A stretch of DNA of 64,000 bases, from contig JADHXQ010000007.1 of assembly GCA_016782885.1 (NCBI GenBank), positions 2,313 to 66,312 on the forward strand, written 5' to 3'. Positions within the stretch are counted from its first letter, which is position 1; every line of letters begins with the position of its first letter. The translations under genes were made by a program, and so were the position numbers. Origin of the DNA: Phycisphaerae bacterium (GTDB taxonomy: Bacteria > Planctomycetota > Phycisphaerae > SM23-33). Of the stretch, positions 1 through 9,718 are shown piece after piece. The notes beneath the pieces are model-generated. The model searched no databases. It had not been told where the DNA came from and saw only the letters and a program-made list of their open reading frames with translations.

Positions 1-3000
1 ACGGCTAACGCGAAGCGACAGCAGGCCACTAATACGAAGAATCTGGCGGGCGAGGCGGGCGTAAAAGAGTTGAAGCAGGCCGAGGCGAACGTGCCCGCCG
101 CAATCAAGATCCTGACTGACGCGACCAACGCCAAGCCCCCCCTGGACAAGGCGCTAGCCTCCGCCAAGGCCGCCGCAATCCCGCTGCAGCAGGCTTACGA
201 TGCGGCCGAGAAGGCGGCTCGGCAAGCTAAAGCCGTGGCGAAGGCCGCCTCCGACGCGGCTGGCAAACTCGCCGCGGAAGCCAAGCTGGCCACGGCCCGG
301 GCGGTCGCCAAACGCAGAGTGGCTGATACTGCCAAGGGCGCCCTGGCCCGGGCACGGCAAGACGAGCAGAGATTGCGGAACCAGGCCAATACCGCGCCGA
401 AGAAGCTGGCCGAAGCCGAAATGCAGAAGAAAGCGGCCGACGCGGCCCTGGTCAACGCCAACAAACGGATGGCTTCTGCCACGACAGCTTACCAGACCGC
501 CGAGAAGGCCGCGTTGGCTGCGGAGGCCAACGCCAGGGTGGTTTCCAAGGCCCAGGTGCAGCAGGCCGCCGCCAACGCCGGCGCTAAGCGCAAGGCGGCC
601 GACGCGGCCAGGACCGCCTTGACCCGGGCAAAGCAAAATGAGCAGCAAGCGCAGGGGCGGGCCACCGCGACCGCCAAAAAGCTGGCCGGCGCCCCGGCGC
701 AGAAGAAAGCAGCCGACGCTGCCTTGGCCTACGCGAAGAAACAGATGGCCGCAGCCGTCACGGCTTGTCAGGCCGCCAGGCAAGCCGCGCAGAGCGCCAT
801 AGCCAAGGCGATGCAGGTCGCCGCGGATGCCGGCAAATCGGAGACGGAGAAAAAACAGGCCGCCGATGAAGCCGCTGCCTGGCGCTTAGCGGCCGACGCG
901 GCCAAGATTGCCCTGGCTCAAACGCGACAGGGCGAGAAGACGGCGCAGGCCCGGGTTACGGCGGATGCTAAAAAGCTGGACGAAGCGGCGCCGCAGAAGA
1001 AATCGGCCGACGCCGCCCTGGCCAATGCGAAGAAACAGATGACCGCAGCCGTCACGGCTTCTCAGACCGCCGAGCAGACCGCCCAACGGGCGGTGGCGGC
1101 GGCCAATGCGATGGCCAAGCTCGCCGGCAGGTCCGAGCAGCAGAAGCAGCAGGCCTCATCCGACGCCGCCGCCAAGCGCAAAGTGGCCAATGCGGCCGGG
1201 GCGGCCTTGGCACAGGCACAGGCAGCCCGGCGAAAGCCTCAGGGCCTGGCCGACGCCGCGGCGCAGAAGCTGCTCCTGGTGACGGCGCAGAAGAAACTCG
1301 CCGACGCTGCCTTGGCGGGCGCCAAGAAGCAGGCGGGTTTTGCTGCAACGGTCTGGGCGGCAACCGAGAAGACGGCGGGGGCTTTCGAGAAGGTTGCGGC
1401 GGGAAAGCAGCAGGCGGCGGTCCAAGCGGCCTCCAAACGCAAAGCGGCTGCTGATACCGCAGCCGCACTGGTCAAAGCACGGCAGGGTGAGCAACAAGCC
1501 CGTGCCAGGGCCAACGCCGCCACAAAGGCTGTGACCGCCGCGTCGGCGCAAAAGAAGCTGGCCGACGGCGCCTTGGCGAACGTCAGGGGACAGGTGACCG
1601 CCGCCGCCACGGTTTCTCAGGCCGCCGAGCAAGCTGCGCAGAGCGCCGCGGCCAAGGCGAAGCAAGTTGCGGCGGATACCGCGAAGAAACAGGCCATCGC
1701 CGATGCCGCCGCCAAGCGCAAATCGGCGGACGCGGCCAGGGCCTCCCTGGCCAAGGCGCAGCAGGGCGAGAAAGCGGCGCAGGCTCAGGCCGCAGCCGCG
1801 GCGCAGAAGCTCACCGAAGCGCAGGCGCAGAAGAAATCGGCCGATCAGGCCCTGGCCGGCGCCAAAACCCAGGTCGCAGCCGCGACCATCGCCAACCAGG
1901 CGGCCCGGGCAGCGGCCGGGGAACTCATCCAACTCGACGAGGTAAGCAGGCAGGCGGCAGCACAAGCTTCCGCCAAGCGTAAATCGGCGGACGCGGCCAG
2001 GGCGGTTCTGGCGCCAAAGCAGAAGGCGCTGGAGCAGGCGGTGATTCAGGCCAACACCGCGGCGCAGAATTTGACCAGAGCCCAATCGCGAAAGAAGTCG
2101 GCCGAAGAGCACCTGGTGAACCTGAAAAAGCGGATCGCCTCGGCCAAACAGACACACCTGGCGGACGAACAGGCAGCCGGGGCGGCCGAAGCCGTCGCCG
2201 CTCCATTGAAGGTGAAAGCGGAAAAACCGCGGGCGGCGTATGTGGACGCAAAGAAAATCGCCGACAACAAGCGCGCCCAGGCCGAGCAGGCCAAAGGCGT
2301 GCTATACCGCCTGGTCGCCGCCAGGCAGGTGGCAAGCCTTATGGAGAGTTCCGATCCGCCGAAACCGGCGAACCGGATTGATGAGATTATCTTTGCGAAG
2401 TTGAAGTCGTTGGGTATCAAACCGGTCCTTTGCTCCGACGCGGTGTTTCTCCGCCGCGCCTATTTGGACCTGACGGGCAAGCTGCCGTCGGCGAAAGACG
2501 CCAAAGCGTTTATTCAAAGTACGAACAGGAAAAAACGCGCAGCCCTGATCGACCGTCTCCTCGAGCGGTCCGCGCATGTCGATTACTGGGCCATGAAATG
2601 GAGTGATATCCTGCGAGTCAAGGCGGAGTTTCCCGTCAAGGTTTGGCCCAACGCGGCGCAAGCCTATCACCGCTGGGTGTGGAAATCGATCGCCCAAAAT
2701 AAACCGTACGACCAGTTCGCCCGGGAACTGCTGACCTCCAGCGGGAGCAATTATCGCGTCGGCCCGGTCAACTTCTACCGCGCCATCCAGAACAAGACTC
2801 CGGAGGGCATCACCTCGTCGGTGGGATTAGTGTTGATGGGCACGCGGGTCCACCGCTGGCCAAAAGACCGTCGCGCCGGTATGGCGGTGTTTTTCTCGCA
2901 GGTCGGATACAAGCCCACCAGCGAGTGGAAAGAGGAGATCGTCTTCTGGGATCCCCTCCACTCGACCAAAGTGCCCGGAAGCATAGCGCCGGGAATACCC

Positions 3001-3924
3001 GCCGTGGGCAAGTCCGTAACGGCGACCAACCGGATTCCCCGCGCGCTGGCCAAACCACTGAGCGAAAACGGGCCGCTGGCGACCGTCTTTCCGGACGGCG
3101 CCAAGACAACGATTCCGCCGAACCGCGATCCGCGGGAAGTATTTGCCGATTGGCTGATTCAGGCGAAGAACCCCTGGTTTGCGAAAGCCATCGTCAACCG
3201 TACCTGGGCCTGGGCGATGGGACGCGGTGTTATCCACGAACCGGACGATATTCGCAACGACAACCCGCCCGAAAATCCCGAACTCCTGGCCTGCCTGGAG
3301 AAGGAACTGGTCTCAAGCAAATACGATCTGAAGCATCTGAAGCGGACGATCTTCACCTCGACCGCGTACCAGTTCTCTTCGATACCGAGGTTCAAAGGGG
3401 CGAAAGCAAAAGCCAACTTCGCGTACTGCCTGTTGCGGCGCGTGGATGCCGAGGTGTTGATCGATGCGCTGAACGAAATCACCGGCAGTTCGGACCTGTA
3501 CACCAGCGCCGTCCCGGAACCGTTCACCTATATTCCCAAGGGCATGTCCGCGGTGGCGCTGGCCGACGGCAGCATCACCAGTTCCTTCCTGTCGTTGTTC
3601 GGACGTTCGGCGCGGGCCACGGGGATGGAAAACGAGCGCATCAGCGAGCTTGCCTCGCCCCAGTGGCTGCACATGCTGAATTCCGCCACAATACAGAGCA
3701 AGCTTCAAAACAGCCCGAAACTCGCGGCAATGTTTTCATCAGGCGGTAAACCGAATGAAATCGCCGAAAAACTTTACCTGACAATCCTCTCGCGGTTTCC
3801 GACGGACGCCGACGTAAAGGCCGCGGCGGCATATGCCAAGACCGGAGTGGCGAAAGGGCGCAACGCATGGGTCGATCTTGCCTGGGCCCTAATCAACAGC
3901 CCCGAGTTTCTTCTGCGGCATTGA
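1..3924 (+). CDS. DUF1549/DUF1553 (PSD1-type) domain protein with a long Ala/Lys/Gln-rich coiled-coil tandem-repeat N-terminal region; 5' end runs off the window edge
   Basis: Frame 1 is open from nt 1, and the listed TTG at 70 is not necessarily the true start. The C-terminal ~560 aa carry DUF1549-like (DRLLERSAHVDYWAMKWSDILRV) and DUF1553-like (NRTWAWAMGRG, YCLLRRVD) motifs typical of planctomycete DUF1549/DUF1553 proteins. The N-terminal ~700 aa are repeated AKRKxADAAR...AQKKxADxAL...AKKQ units. The gene sits directly upstream of a DUF1501 gene, which is the canonical pairing. Confidence 0.8.
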   Translation, partial: TANAKRQQATNTKNLAGEAGVKELKQAEANVPAAIKILTDATNAKPPLDKALASAKAAAIPLQQAYDAAEKAARQAKAVAKAASDAAGKLAAEAKLATARAVAKRRVADTAKGALARARQDEQRLRNQANTAPKKLAEAEMQKKAADAALVNANKRMASATTAYQTAEKAALAAEANARVVSKAQVQQAAANAGAKRKAADAARTALTRAKQNEQQAQGRATATAKKLAGAPAQKKAADAALAYAKKQMAAAVTACQAARQAAQSAIAKAMQVAADAGKSETEKKQAADEAAAWRLAADAAKIALAQTRQGEKTAQARVTADAKKLDEAAPQKKSADAALANAKKQMTAAVTASQTAEQTAQRAVAAANAMAKLAGRSEQQKQQASSDAAAKRKVANAAGAALAQAQAARRKPQGLADAAAQKLLLVTAQKKLADAALAGAKKQAGFAATVWAATEKTAGAFEKVAAGKQQAAVQAASKRKAAADTAAALVKARQGEQQARARANAATKAVTAASAQKKLADGALANVRGQVTAAATVSQAAEQAAQSAAAKAKQVAADTAKKQAIADAAAKRKSADAARASLAKAQQGEKAAQAQAAAAAQKLTEAQAQKKSADQALAGAKTQVAAATIANQAARAAAGELIQLDEVSRQAAAQASAKRKSADAARAVLAPKQKALEQAVIQANTAAQNLTRAQSRKKSAEEHLVNLKKRIASAKQTHLADEQAAGAAEAVAAPLKVKAEKPRAAYVDAKKIADNKRAQAEQAKGVLYRLVAARQVASLMESSDPPKPANRIDEIIFAKLKSLGIKPVLCSDAVFLRRAYLDLTGKLPSAKDAKAFIQSTNRKKRAALIDRLLERSAHVDYWAMKWSDILRVKAEFPVKVWPNAAQAYHRWVWKSIAQNKPYDQFARELLTSSGSNYRVGPVNFYRAIQNKTPEGITSSVGLVLMGTRVHRWPKDRRAGMAVFFSQVGYKPTSEWKEEIVFWDPLHSTKVPGSIAPGIPAVGKSVTATNRIPRALAKPLSENGPLATVFPDGAKTTIPPNRDPREVFADWLIQAKNPWFAKAIVNRTWAWAMGRGVIHEPDDIRNDNPPENPELLACLEKELVSSKYDLKHLKRTIFTSTAYQFSSIPRFKGAKAKANFAYCLLRRVDAEVLIDALNEITGSSDLYTSAVPEPFTYIPKGMSAVALADGSITSSFLSLFGRSARATGMENERISELASPQWLHMLNSATIQSKLQNSPKLAAMFSSGGKPNEIAEKLYLTILSRFPTDADVKAAAAYAKTGVAKGRNAWVDLAWALINSPEFLLRH
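150..2160. repeat. In-frame tandem repeat array, ~7 diverged copies of a ~285 bp (~95 aa) unit, inside the DUF1549/DUF1553 gene
   Basis: Recurring DNA blocks such as gccgccaagcgcaaatcggcggacgcggccagggc near 1711 and 1970 (variants near 580, 1160, 1425), and cagaagaaa(t/g)cggccgacgc near 700, 990 and 1830. The protein shows the same periodicity. Antisense ORFs across this region are GC-rich repeat artefacts. Confidence 0.6.
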
Positions 3925-4009
3925 TTGTGACCGAAACGGTGAAACATGACACGAAACGGCCGGTTTCCTGACGCGACAATCAAAGAAAAGTCAAAGGACG
4001 GATGAAATC

Positions 4010-5470
4010 ATGAATACAAACAACAATTCAGACAACCAGGAACATGTGTCCCGGCGCGAGGCCATGCGACGCGGCGCTTTGGGCGCGGCGGGCGTTATCG
4101 CGACCAGCGGTTTGAGTTCCCGCGTCTTTGCAGCCGAGGCAAAGAAGACGCCCAAGCAAATAGCCGCCGAACTTAAAGCCGCCAAACTGAAATCTGCCGA
4201 ACTGAAAGCCGCCGAGCTGAAAACCGCGCGAGACAAGTCTGCCAAAGCCAAGGCCAAAAACAAGGGCAAGATCAAGTCGGTCATCCAGATTTTCTTGTGG
4301 GGCGGCATGTCGCACAACGATGCCTGGGACCCCAAGCCGGGTACGGGCTACGACTACCTGGGTAAGTTTGACAAATTCATCCCCACCAACGTAAAGGGGA
4401 TCCAACTCGGCTCGCTGTTCCCCCAACTGGCCAAGCAGGCCGACAAGTATTCCTTGATCCGCAGCATGACCCATGGCATCAATGGACACGAGACGGCGGC
4501 CTACCTGATGCAAACCGGACACAAGCCCGGCGGGCGGTTGGCGTACCCCAGTGTGGGCGCGATATTCACCTACTTCAAGAAGAAGCAATACAAAGGGCTG
4601 CTTCCGCCTTACGTCGTGATGCTGCGGGCGGCAGGGCGGTTTTCCGAAGAGGGCTTCCTGGGTCCCGGGTACAAACCTTTCGCCACGGGCGGCGATCCGA
4701 ACGCGGACCGCTTCGAGGTGCAGGGGATAGTCAACCGGGGAATCAACGACGCGCGGCAAAAGGCCCGCCGTGAATTGCTCGACAAGATGAATACCATGGG
4801 CTACGGGCTTGCGAACGTCCCGGAAATCGCCGCCGCCGAAACGGCCAAGAAGAAAGCCTACGGGTTGATCCTGGGCAAGGGGAAGGAAGTATTCGATCTC
4901 AATAACGAACCCAAGGTGCTCAGGGACCGCTACGGCAGGAACACGTTCGGGCAGGAATGCCTGGCGGCGCGGCGGATGGTCGAGGCGGGTGTGCCCTACA
5001 TCACCATCAGCTTCCCCGGCGGTTGGGATACGCACGCCAACCACTTCCCGACGATGCTGCGACAGTGTCCCCCGCTGGACCAGGGGCTGGCGACGCTGCT
5101 TGCTGATCTGAGCGACAGGGGCCTGCTGGACAGCACCCTGGTCTGGTGTACCGGCGAGTTCGGCAGGACGCCGAAGGTGTCCTGGGAACCGCCCTGGAAC
5201 GGCGGTCGCCATCACCATGGCGCCGTCTTCACCGTGCTGGTCGCCGGCGGCGGTTTCAAGGGCGGACGAGTCGTCGGCTCGTCCGACGAAAAAGGCGAGA
5301 AGTTCAAGGAAAGACCCGTATATCCGGCGGACCTGCTGGGCAGCTTCTACCTGTTGGCCGGTATCGACGCGGCCGCCAGGCTGCCCCATCCCCTGGGGTT
5401 CGATGCCCGCGTCCTGGACGCCGAAAAGGAAGGCATGAAGTCGACCGGGCTTCTGGAAGAGATCATGTAG
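4010..5470 (+). CDS. DUF1501 domain protein (sulfatase/alkaline-phosphatase superfamily-like) with a TAT signal and an N-terminal Lys/Ala-rich repeat insert
   Basis: TAT-like MRRGALGAAGVIATSGL signal and an AAGGA Shine-Dalgarno. Motifs typical of DUF1501 (WGGMSHNDAWDPKPG, HHHGAVFTVLVAGGG). Residues ~45-85 are a low-complexity AELKAAKLKSAELKAAELK segment. Immediately downstream of the DUF1549/DUF1553 gene. Confidence 0.85.
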   Translation: MNTNNNSDNQEHVSRREAMRRGALGAAGVIATSGLSSRVFAAEAKKTPKQIAAELKAAKLKSAELKAAELKTARDKSAKAKAKNKGKIKSVIQIFLWGGMSHNDAWDPKPGTGYDYLGKFDKFIPTNVKGIQLGSLFPQLAKQADKYSLIRSMTHGINGHETAAYLMQTGHKPGGRLAYPSVGAIFTYFKKKQYKGLLPPYVVMLRAAGRFSEEGFLGPGYKPFATGGDPNADRFEVQGIVNRGINDARQKARRELLDKMNTMGYGLANVPEIAAAETAKKKAYGLILGKGKEVFDLNNEPKVLRDRYGRNTFGQECLAARRMVEAGVPYITISFPGGWDTHANHFPTMLRQCPPLDQGLATLLADLSDRGLLDSTLVWCTGEFGRTPKVSWEPPWNGGRHHHGAVFTVLVAGGGFKGGRVVGSSDEKGEKFKERPVYPADLLGSFYLLAGIDAAARLPHPLGFDARVLDAEKEGMKSTGLLEEIM

Positions 5471-5498
5471 CCCTGATGGCGAAAGATGGAGCAGCTCA

Positions 5499-7793
5499 AT
5501 GAGTAGATTCAATAGGCTTTCGATCCTGGTGCCGGCGGTGCTTGCGGTCTCAGCATTACCGCTCCGGGCGCAGAACCAGTACATCGGTTACGTCTATCCC
5601 GCCGGCGGTCAGCGGGGCGCCACCTTCCCGATCCGGTTGGGTGGACAAGGGCTCGTCTATGCTTCCGATGTGGTTGTGAGCGGCGAGGGGGTTTCTGTTC
5701 GGCTGGTCGATTACTACCGGGTCATGAGCAACCAGGAGATGTCGTTGCTCAGACAGCAACTCAACGAGTTGAGGAAGAAAGGATCGACGCTGAGCGACGC
5801 GATGACCGCCAGGATGGCCTGGTTCGAGTTTCCCGCGAGTGTTGAACCACCCGAGGTCCGAGGCCTGATATGCCCGTCATGCGGTAGTCTCAACCCGCTT
5901 GAAGCCGCCGTCTGCAGCAATTGCAATGCGGCGCTGAAGAAACCCAAAGCCCCGAAACCGGACAAAACGGGCGTGAAGAACGGACCTCCAAAGTCCGAGC
6001 AAGAGGTGGCAAAGCAGAACCTGATCGAACGGATCCAAAGGAGGTTCGCCGAAGACGAGCGTAACGCGGCCGTTCGCGCCCACAGGGAGCTCGTCTTTGC
6101 CGAGGTGACGGTGGCCCCCGACGCGAAACCCGGTCGGCGGGAGATCAGGGTGATCACCAAACGGGGTATCTCCAACGCCCTGTCCTTTTACGTGGGCCAG
6201 GTGCCCGAAGTCGCCCGCAAGCCGATGAAGACCGCCCGGAAACCAGTGCTCGGAAAGGAGCATCTGGCCCAGCGCAAGAGACCGCCGGAAGAAGAGACAA
6301 TGCGCATCACAGTACCATGCACGATGAACGGTCAGATCGCCGCGGGCGAGGTGAACCGGTATCGCTTTCCGGCGAGCAAGGGGCAGCGCCTGCTTATCTG
6401 CGCCAAAGCCCGGCAGTTGGTCCCCTACGTCGCCGACGGCGTTCCCGGTTGGTTTCAAGCCGTGCTGAGGCTCCACGACGCCAACGGAAAGGAGCTGGCG
6501 TACAACGACGATTTCCGTTTTCACCCCGACCCGGTACTCTATTTCGAGGTCCCCGCCAACGGCGACTACGTGCTCACCATCAACGAGGCGATCTTTCGCG
6601 GGCGCGAGAGTTTTGTGTATCGGATCACCATCGGTGAACTACCGTTTGTGACCGGTATCTTCCCGTTGGGCGGGCGTGTGGGCCAACCGGTCAAGATCGA
6701 GGCCTGCGGATGGAATCTGGAAAAGGCTGCGCTGGCGCCGCCCCCAAAAGACGCAAAACCGGGGCGATATCTGATTGCTGCGGCCGACGGGAAACTCGTC
6801 TCCAACTACGTGCCCTTCGCCCTGGACACGCTGGGCGAGTGCCTGGACAAGGAACCCAACGACTCGCCGTCCAAGGCGCAAAAGGTAAATCTTCCCATCA
6901 TCGTCAACGGGCGGGCGGATCGCCCGGGTGATTGGGACGTCTTCGAGGTGGAAGGAAAAGCCGGCCAGACAATCGTCGCCCAAGTGCATGCTCGCCGGCT
7001 CGGATCCCCGTTCGATTCCTTCGTCAAAGTCACCGGCGCGGATGGCAAAATCATCGCGCTGAACGACGATCATTACGACGCGGGGTCGGGGTTGAACACC
7101 GACCACGCCGATTCTTACCTCATGGTGAAGCTGCCCGCCGACGGAAAATATTTCATTCACCTCGGCGAAACGAGGCGGCACGCGGGAAAGGCGTATGCCT
7201 ACCGGCTCCGGATAAGCCGCCCGCGCCCGGATTTCGCGCTGCGTCTCGTCCCTTCCAGGATCATCATGCGCAGCAAGTTGTCGGCGGCAGTGACCGTCTA
7301 CGCCATACGCAAGGACGGATTCGACGGGCCGATCAAGCTGAGCTTCAAAAACCTGCCGAAGGGGCTCGAATCGTCCGGCGTCACGCTGGGAGCCAAGAAA
7401 GAGGTGACGAGGCTGACGGTGAAAACCAGCCTTGCGAAGATGGACAAGCCGGTCAACCTTACCGTCGTGGGCAGTGCGAAGATTGGGAACCGCCAGCTCG
7501 TCCATGAGGCCGTGCCGACCGAAGACAGAATGCAGGCCTTCCTGTGGCGCCATCTGCTGCCCGCCGAAGAACTGCCGGTCCTGGTATACAATCCATCCTA
7601 CCGGCCGCCAGCCGATCGCATACGCCCGCCGATCCGCGATGAGGACAGGCCCAAGGGCGTGACGCGCAACTTGCGAAAAAGCTCGGTGGACTGGTATTTG
7701 AGACAGATCGAAAGCCTCTATCAACAGTGGTTCCTGACAGACAAGTTCGCCAACCGCCAGATCGCGAGCATAGAAGCCCGTCTGATTAGATAA
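5499..7793 (+). CDS. Secreted protein with a CxxC...CxxC zinc-ribbon and two pre-peptidase C-terminal (PPC)-like beta-sandwich domains
   Basis: Signal peptide MSRFNRLSILVPAVLAVSALPLRAQ. CPSCGSLNPLEAAVCSNCNAAL zinc ribbon. Two PPC-like segments (NRYRFPASKGQRLLI...NDDFRF and DWDVFEVEGKAGQTIV...NDDHYD). Confidence 0.65.
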   Translation: MSRFNRLSILVPAVLAVSALPLRAQNQYIGYVYPAGGQRGATFPIRLGGQGLVYASDVVVSGEGVSVRLVDYYRVMSNQEMSLLRQQLNELRKKGSTLSDAMTARMAWFEFPASVEPPEVRGLICPSCGSLNPLEAAVCSNCNAALKKPKAPKPDKTGVKNGPPKSEQEVAKQNLIERIQRRFAEDERNAAVRAHRELVFAEVTVAPDAKPGRREIRVITKRGISNALSFYVGQVPEVARKPMKTARKPVLGKEHLAQRKRPPEEETMRITVPCTMNGQIAAGEVNRYRFPASKGQRLLICAKARQLVPYVADGVPGWFQAVLRLHDANGKELAYNDDFRFHPDPVLYFEVPANGDYVLTINEAIFRGRESFVYRITIGELPFVTGIFPLGGRVGQPVKIEACGWNLEKAALAPPPKDAKPGRYLIAAADGKLVSNYVPFALDTLGECLDKEPNDSPSKAQKVNLPIIVNGRADRPGDWDVFEVEGKAGQTIVAQVHARRLGSPFDSFVKVTGADGKIIALNDDHYDAGSGLNTDHADSYLMVKLPADGKYFIHLGETRRHAGKAYAYRLRISRPRPDFALRLVPSRIIMRSKLSAAVTVYAIRKDGFDGPIKLSFKNLPKGLESSGVTLGAKKEVTRLTVKTSLAKMDKPVNLTVVGSAKIGNRQLVHEAVPTEDRMQAFLWRHLLPAEELPVLVYNPSYRPPADRIRPPIRDEDRPKGVTRNLRKSSVDWYLRQIESLYQQWFLTDKFANRQIASIEARLIR

Positions 7794-7896
7794 TAACCTG
7801 TGTGCCGGACCAGGGAATTTTACCCCCGCGCATTTACCAGACACGCAAGCGCTTTCACTCCAGGGCATCTTCGCCGCCAGGTCATCGAGCAGGAAC

Positions 7897-9474
7897 TTAC
7901 CGCTTCCTGCGATACCGCGAGGGGTCTATCGCCAGGGCCTTTGCCTTGTACCGCAGGATTCGCGGCGTGACGCTCAGGTCTCGCGCCGATGCAGCCATGT
8001 TACCATAAGTCCGCTTCAGTGCATCAACTATGATGTCCCGCTCGAACAGGTCCACCCGATCCTGCATTGAACCAGTACCGCCGGTGCCCGAGGCGTCGGC
8101 TGTCTGCAGCGTCGGAGGCAGGTGGTGACCGTGGATCACGCCCTCGTTGCTGAGCAGCACGGCCCGCTCGATGCAATTCTCCAACTCACGCACGTTACCG
8201 GGCCAGTGGTAGGCGACCATCATGTTGATCGCGGGCGTGGAGATGCGACGAACCTGCTTGCCCATACTCCTGGAATACGCCTCGACAAAGTAGTCCGCCA
8301 GCAGCAGAATATCATCCTTTCGCTCCCTCAGCGGCGGAAGGAAGATAGGGAAGACATTGATGCGATAGTAAACGTCCTGGCGGAACTGCTCGGACTCAAC
8401 CAGCTTTTCGATATCCCGGTTCGTCGCACATACGATGCGCACGTTGGCCTTGCGCGTCTCGTTGCTGCCGACCCGTTCAAACTCCCGCTCCTGGAGCACT
8501 CGAAGCAGTTTGACCTGAACGGCCGGTGAGAAATCTCCGATCTCGTCGAGAAACAATGTGCCCCCCTCTGACTCCTCGATTCGCCCTTTCCGAGTCTGGA
8601 TAGCGCCGGTGAACGCCCCCTTCTCGTGACCGAAAAGTTCGCTTTCGAGCAGATTCTCGCTCAACGCCGCGCAGTTGACCTTCATGAACGGTCCTTTCGC
8701 ACGGAGGCTGGAATAGTGCAGCGCGTGTGCCACCAGTTCCTTGCCCGTTCCCGATTCGCCCCGAATCAGCACGGTGGTATCGCCTGAGGCCACCTGGTGA
8801 ATCGCGTTGTACACCTCGCGCATCACCCCGGAATTTCCGATGATATTCTCCGGTCGGAAGCGATCTTCCAGTTCGTGCTGCAGGCGGATATTCTCATCTT
8901 CGAGGGCCTGTCTTGCAGCCGCTGAATCCCGCCGCGACTTGACGTTGCCCGCAATGGCGCTGGCGACGATGCTCAGCACGCGGACATCCTCGTCGAGGTT
9001 CGCCGACTTATCGTACGGTCGGTCCGCCGACAGCGTACCAACGGCCTCATTAGCAATCGAGATCGGCACGCAGATGAAGCTCATCTCCTCGTCGCCGGCC
9101 TTCCTTCGCCGCCGCAGGCGATTGAGGAACATCGGTTCCCGCGAAATTCTCGGGACAACCGCGGGCTGGTTGCTCTGGAGTACCCGACCGACGATGCCCT
9201 CCCCGCGACGATACCGCACCGCCCGACCCCGCGAGCGGCTGACGTTGTGGGCCAGGTCAAACACCAACTCCGTCCCATCAGGCGAAAGCAGCATGATCGT
9301 CCCGCGCTTCATGTTCAAGTCTCGATCGAGAATGTCCAGCACTTCTTCGAGCATCTGCCGCTGGCTCATGTCTGACACCAGGACCCGACTGGTGCTGTAC
9401 AACGCCTCGAGTTCCACCGCGTGCCTGCTGCCGGGGTGGTCTGAAACACCGTTATCGCCACTTTCTATCGTCAT
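7897..9474 (-). CDS. Sigma-54-dependent transcriptional activator (N-terminal GAF domain, AAA+ sigma-54 interaction domain, C-terminal Fis-type HTH; NifA/FhlA-like architecture)
   Basis: GAF-like region ([28 protein letters not shown]) is N-terminal, followed by Walker A GESGTGKE, the GAFTGA motif, and a C-terminal HTH ([19 protein letters not shown]). The listed ORF is over-extended to 9960. ATG at 9474 (GGAAGG ~10 nt upstream) or ATG at 9543 are the plausible starts. Divergent from amtB. Confidence 0.75.
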   Translation of the reverse strand: MTIESGDNGVSDHPGSRHAVELEALYSTSRVLVSDMSQRQMLEEVLDILDRDLNMKRGTIMLLSPDGTELVFDLAHNVSRSRGRAVRYRRGEGIVGRVLQSNQPAVVPRISREPMFLNRLRRRRKAGDEEMSFICVPISIANEAVGTLSADRPYDKSANLDEDVRVLSIVASAIAGNVKSRRDSAAARQALEDENIRLQHELEDRFRPENIIGNSGVMREVYNAIHQVASGDTTVLIRGESGTGKELVAHALHYSSLRAKGPFMKVNCAALSENLLESELFGHEKGAFTGAIQTRKGRIEESEGGTLFLDEIGDFSPAVQVKLLRVLQEREFERVGSNETRKANVRIVCATNRDIEKLVESEQFRQDVYYRINVFPIFLPPLRERKDDILLLADYFVEAYSRSMGKQVRRISTPAINMMVAYHWPGNVRELENCIERAVLLSNEGVIHGHHLPPTLQTADASGTGGTGSMQDRVDLFERDIIVDALKRTYGNMAASARDLSVTPRILRYKAKALAIDPSRYRRKR

Positions 9475-9637
9475 TGCACCTGAACCTTCCCAGAGTGTAT
9501 TCCAATGTCCCACATACAACATTATTGTATCCATCTTAGCCATATAAGACAATCTTGTATCTTTTCTTTTCCTTTGCCTGCTCGTTTGCTTCTCGTAAAA
9601 CCCTTGCCACCAACCTGTTATAGCACATGATTCTTTT

Positions 9638-9653
9638 TGGCACGGTTTATGCT
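9638..9653 (+). promoter_or_regulatory. Candidate sigma-54 (-24/-12) promoter for amtB-glnK
   Basis: TGGCACGGTTTATGCT matches TGGCACG-N4-TTGCW with the GG and GC elements at canonical spacing, 66 nt upstream of the amtB start. A sigma-54 activator gene is divergently adjacent. Confidence 0.45.
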
Positions 9654-9718
9654 TTGTTGTCTCTTGTCGACCGAGATTGGCTTGGCTTGATACTAGCGAC
9701 CTAAATGGAGTCTGAACA

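Noticed and set aside
154-2335. Numerous long ORFs on both strands overlapping the Ala-rich repeat region (154..783 -, 1156..2157 -, 200..622 +, 1667..1945 + and others)
   Set aside because: These are artefacts of a GC-rich, stop-poor tandem repeat. Their products are Arg/Pro/Gly low-complexity with no domains, and they sit entirely inside the strongly supported frame-1 gene.
4028-5584. A 518-aa minus-strand ORF
   Set aside because: It is antisense to the DUF1501 gene and has no recognisable domains. GC-rich genomes give long spurious antisense ORFs.
9616-9627. TGTTATAGCACA upstream of the amtB sigma-54 promoter, as a possible enhancer-binding-protein palindrome
   Set aside because: Only 4 of 6 half-site matches and a single copy. 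This is not enough to call a binding site.
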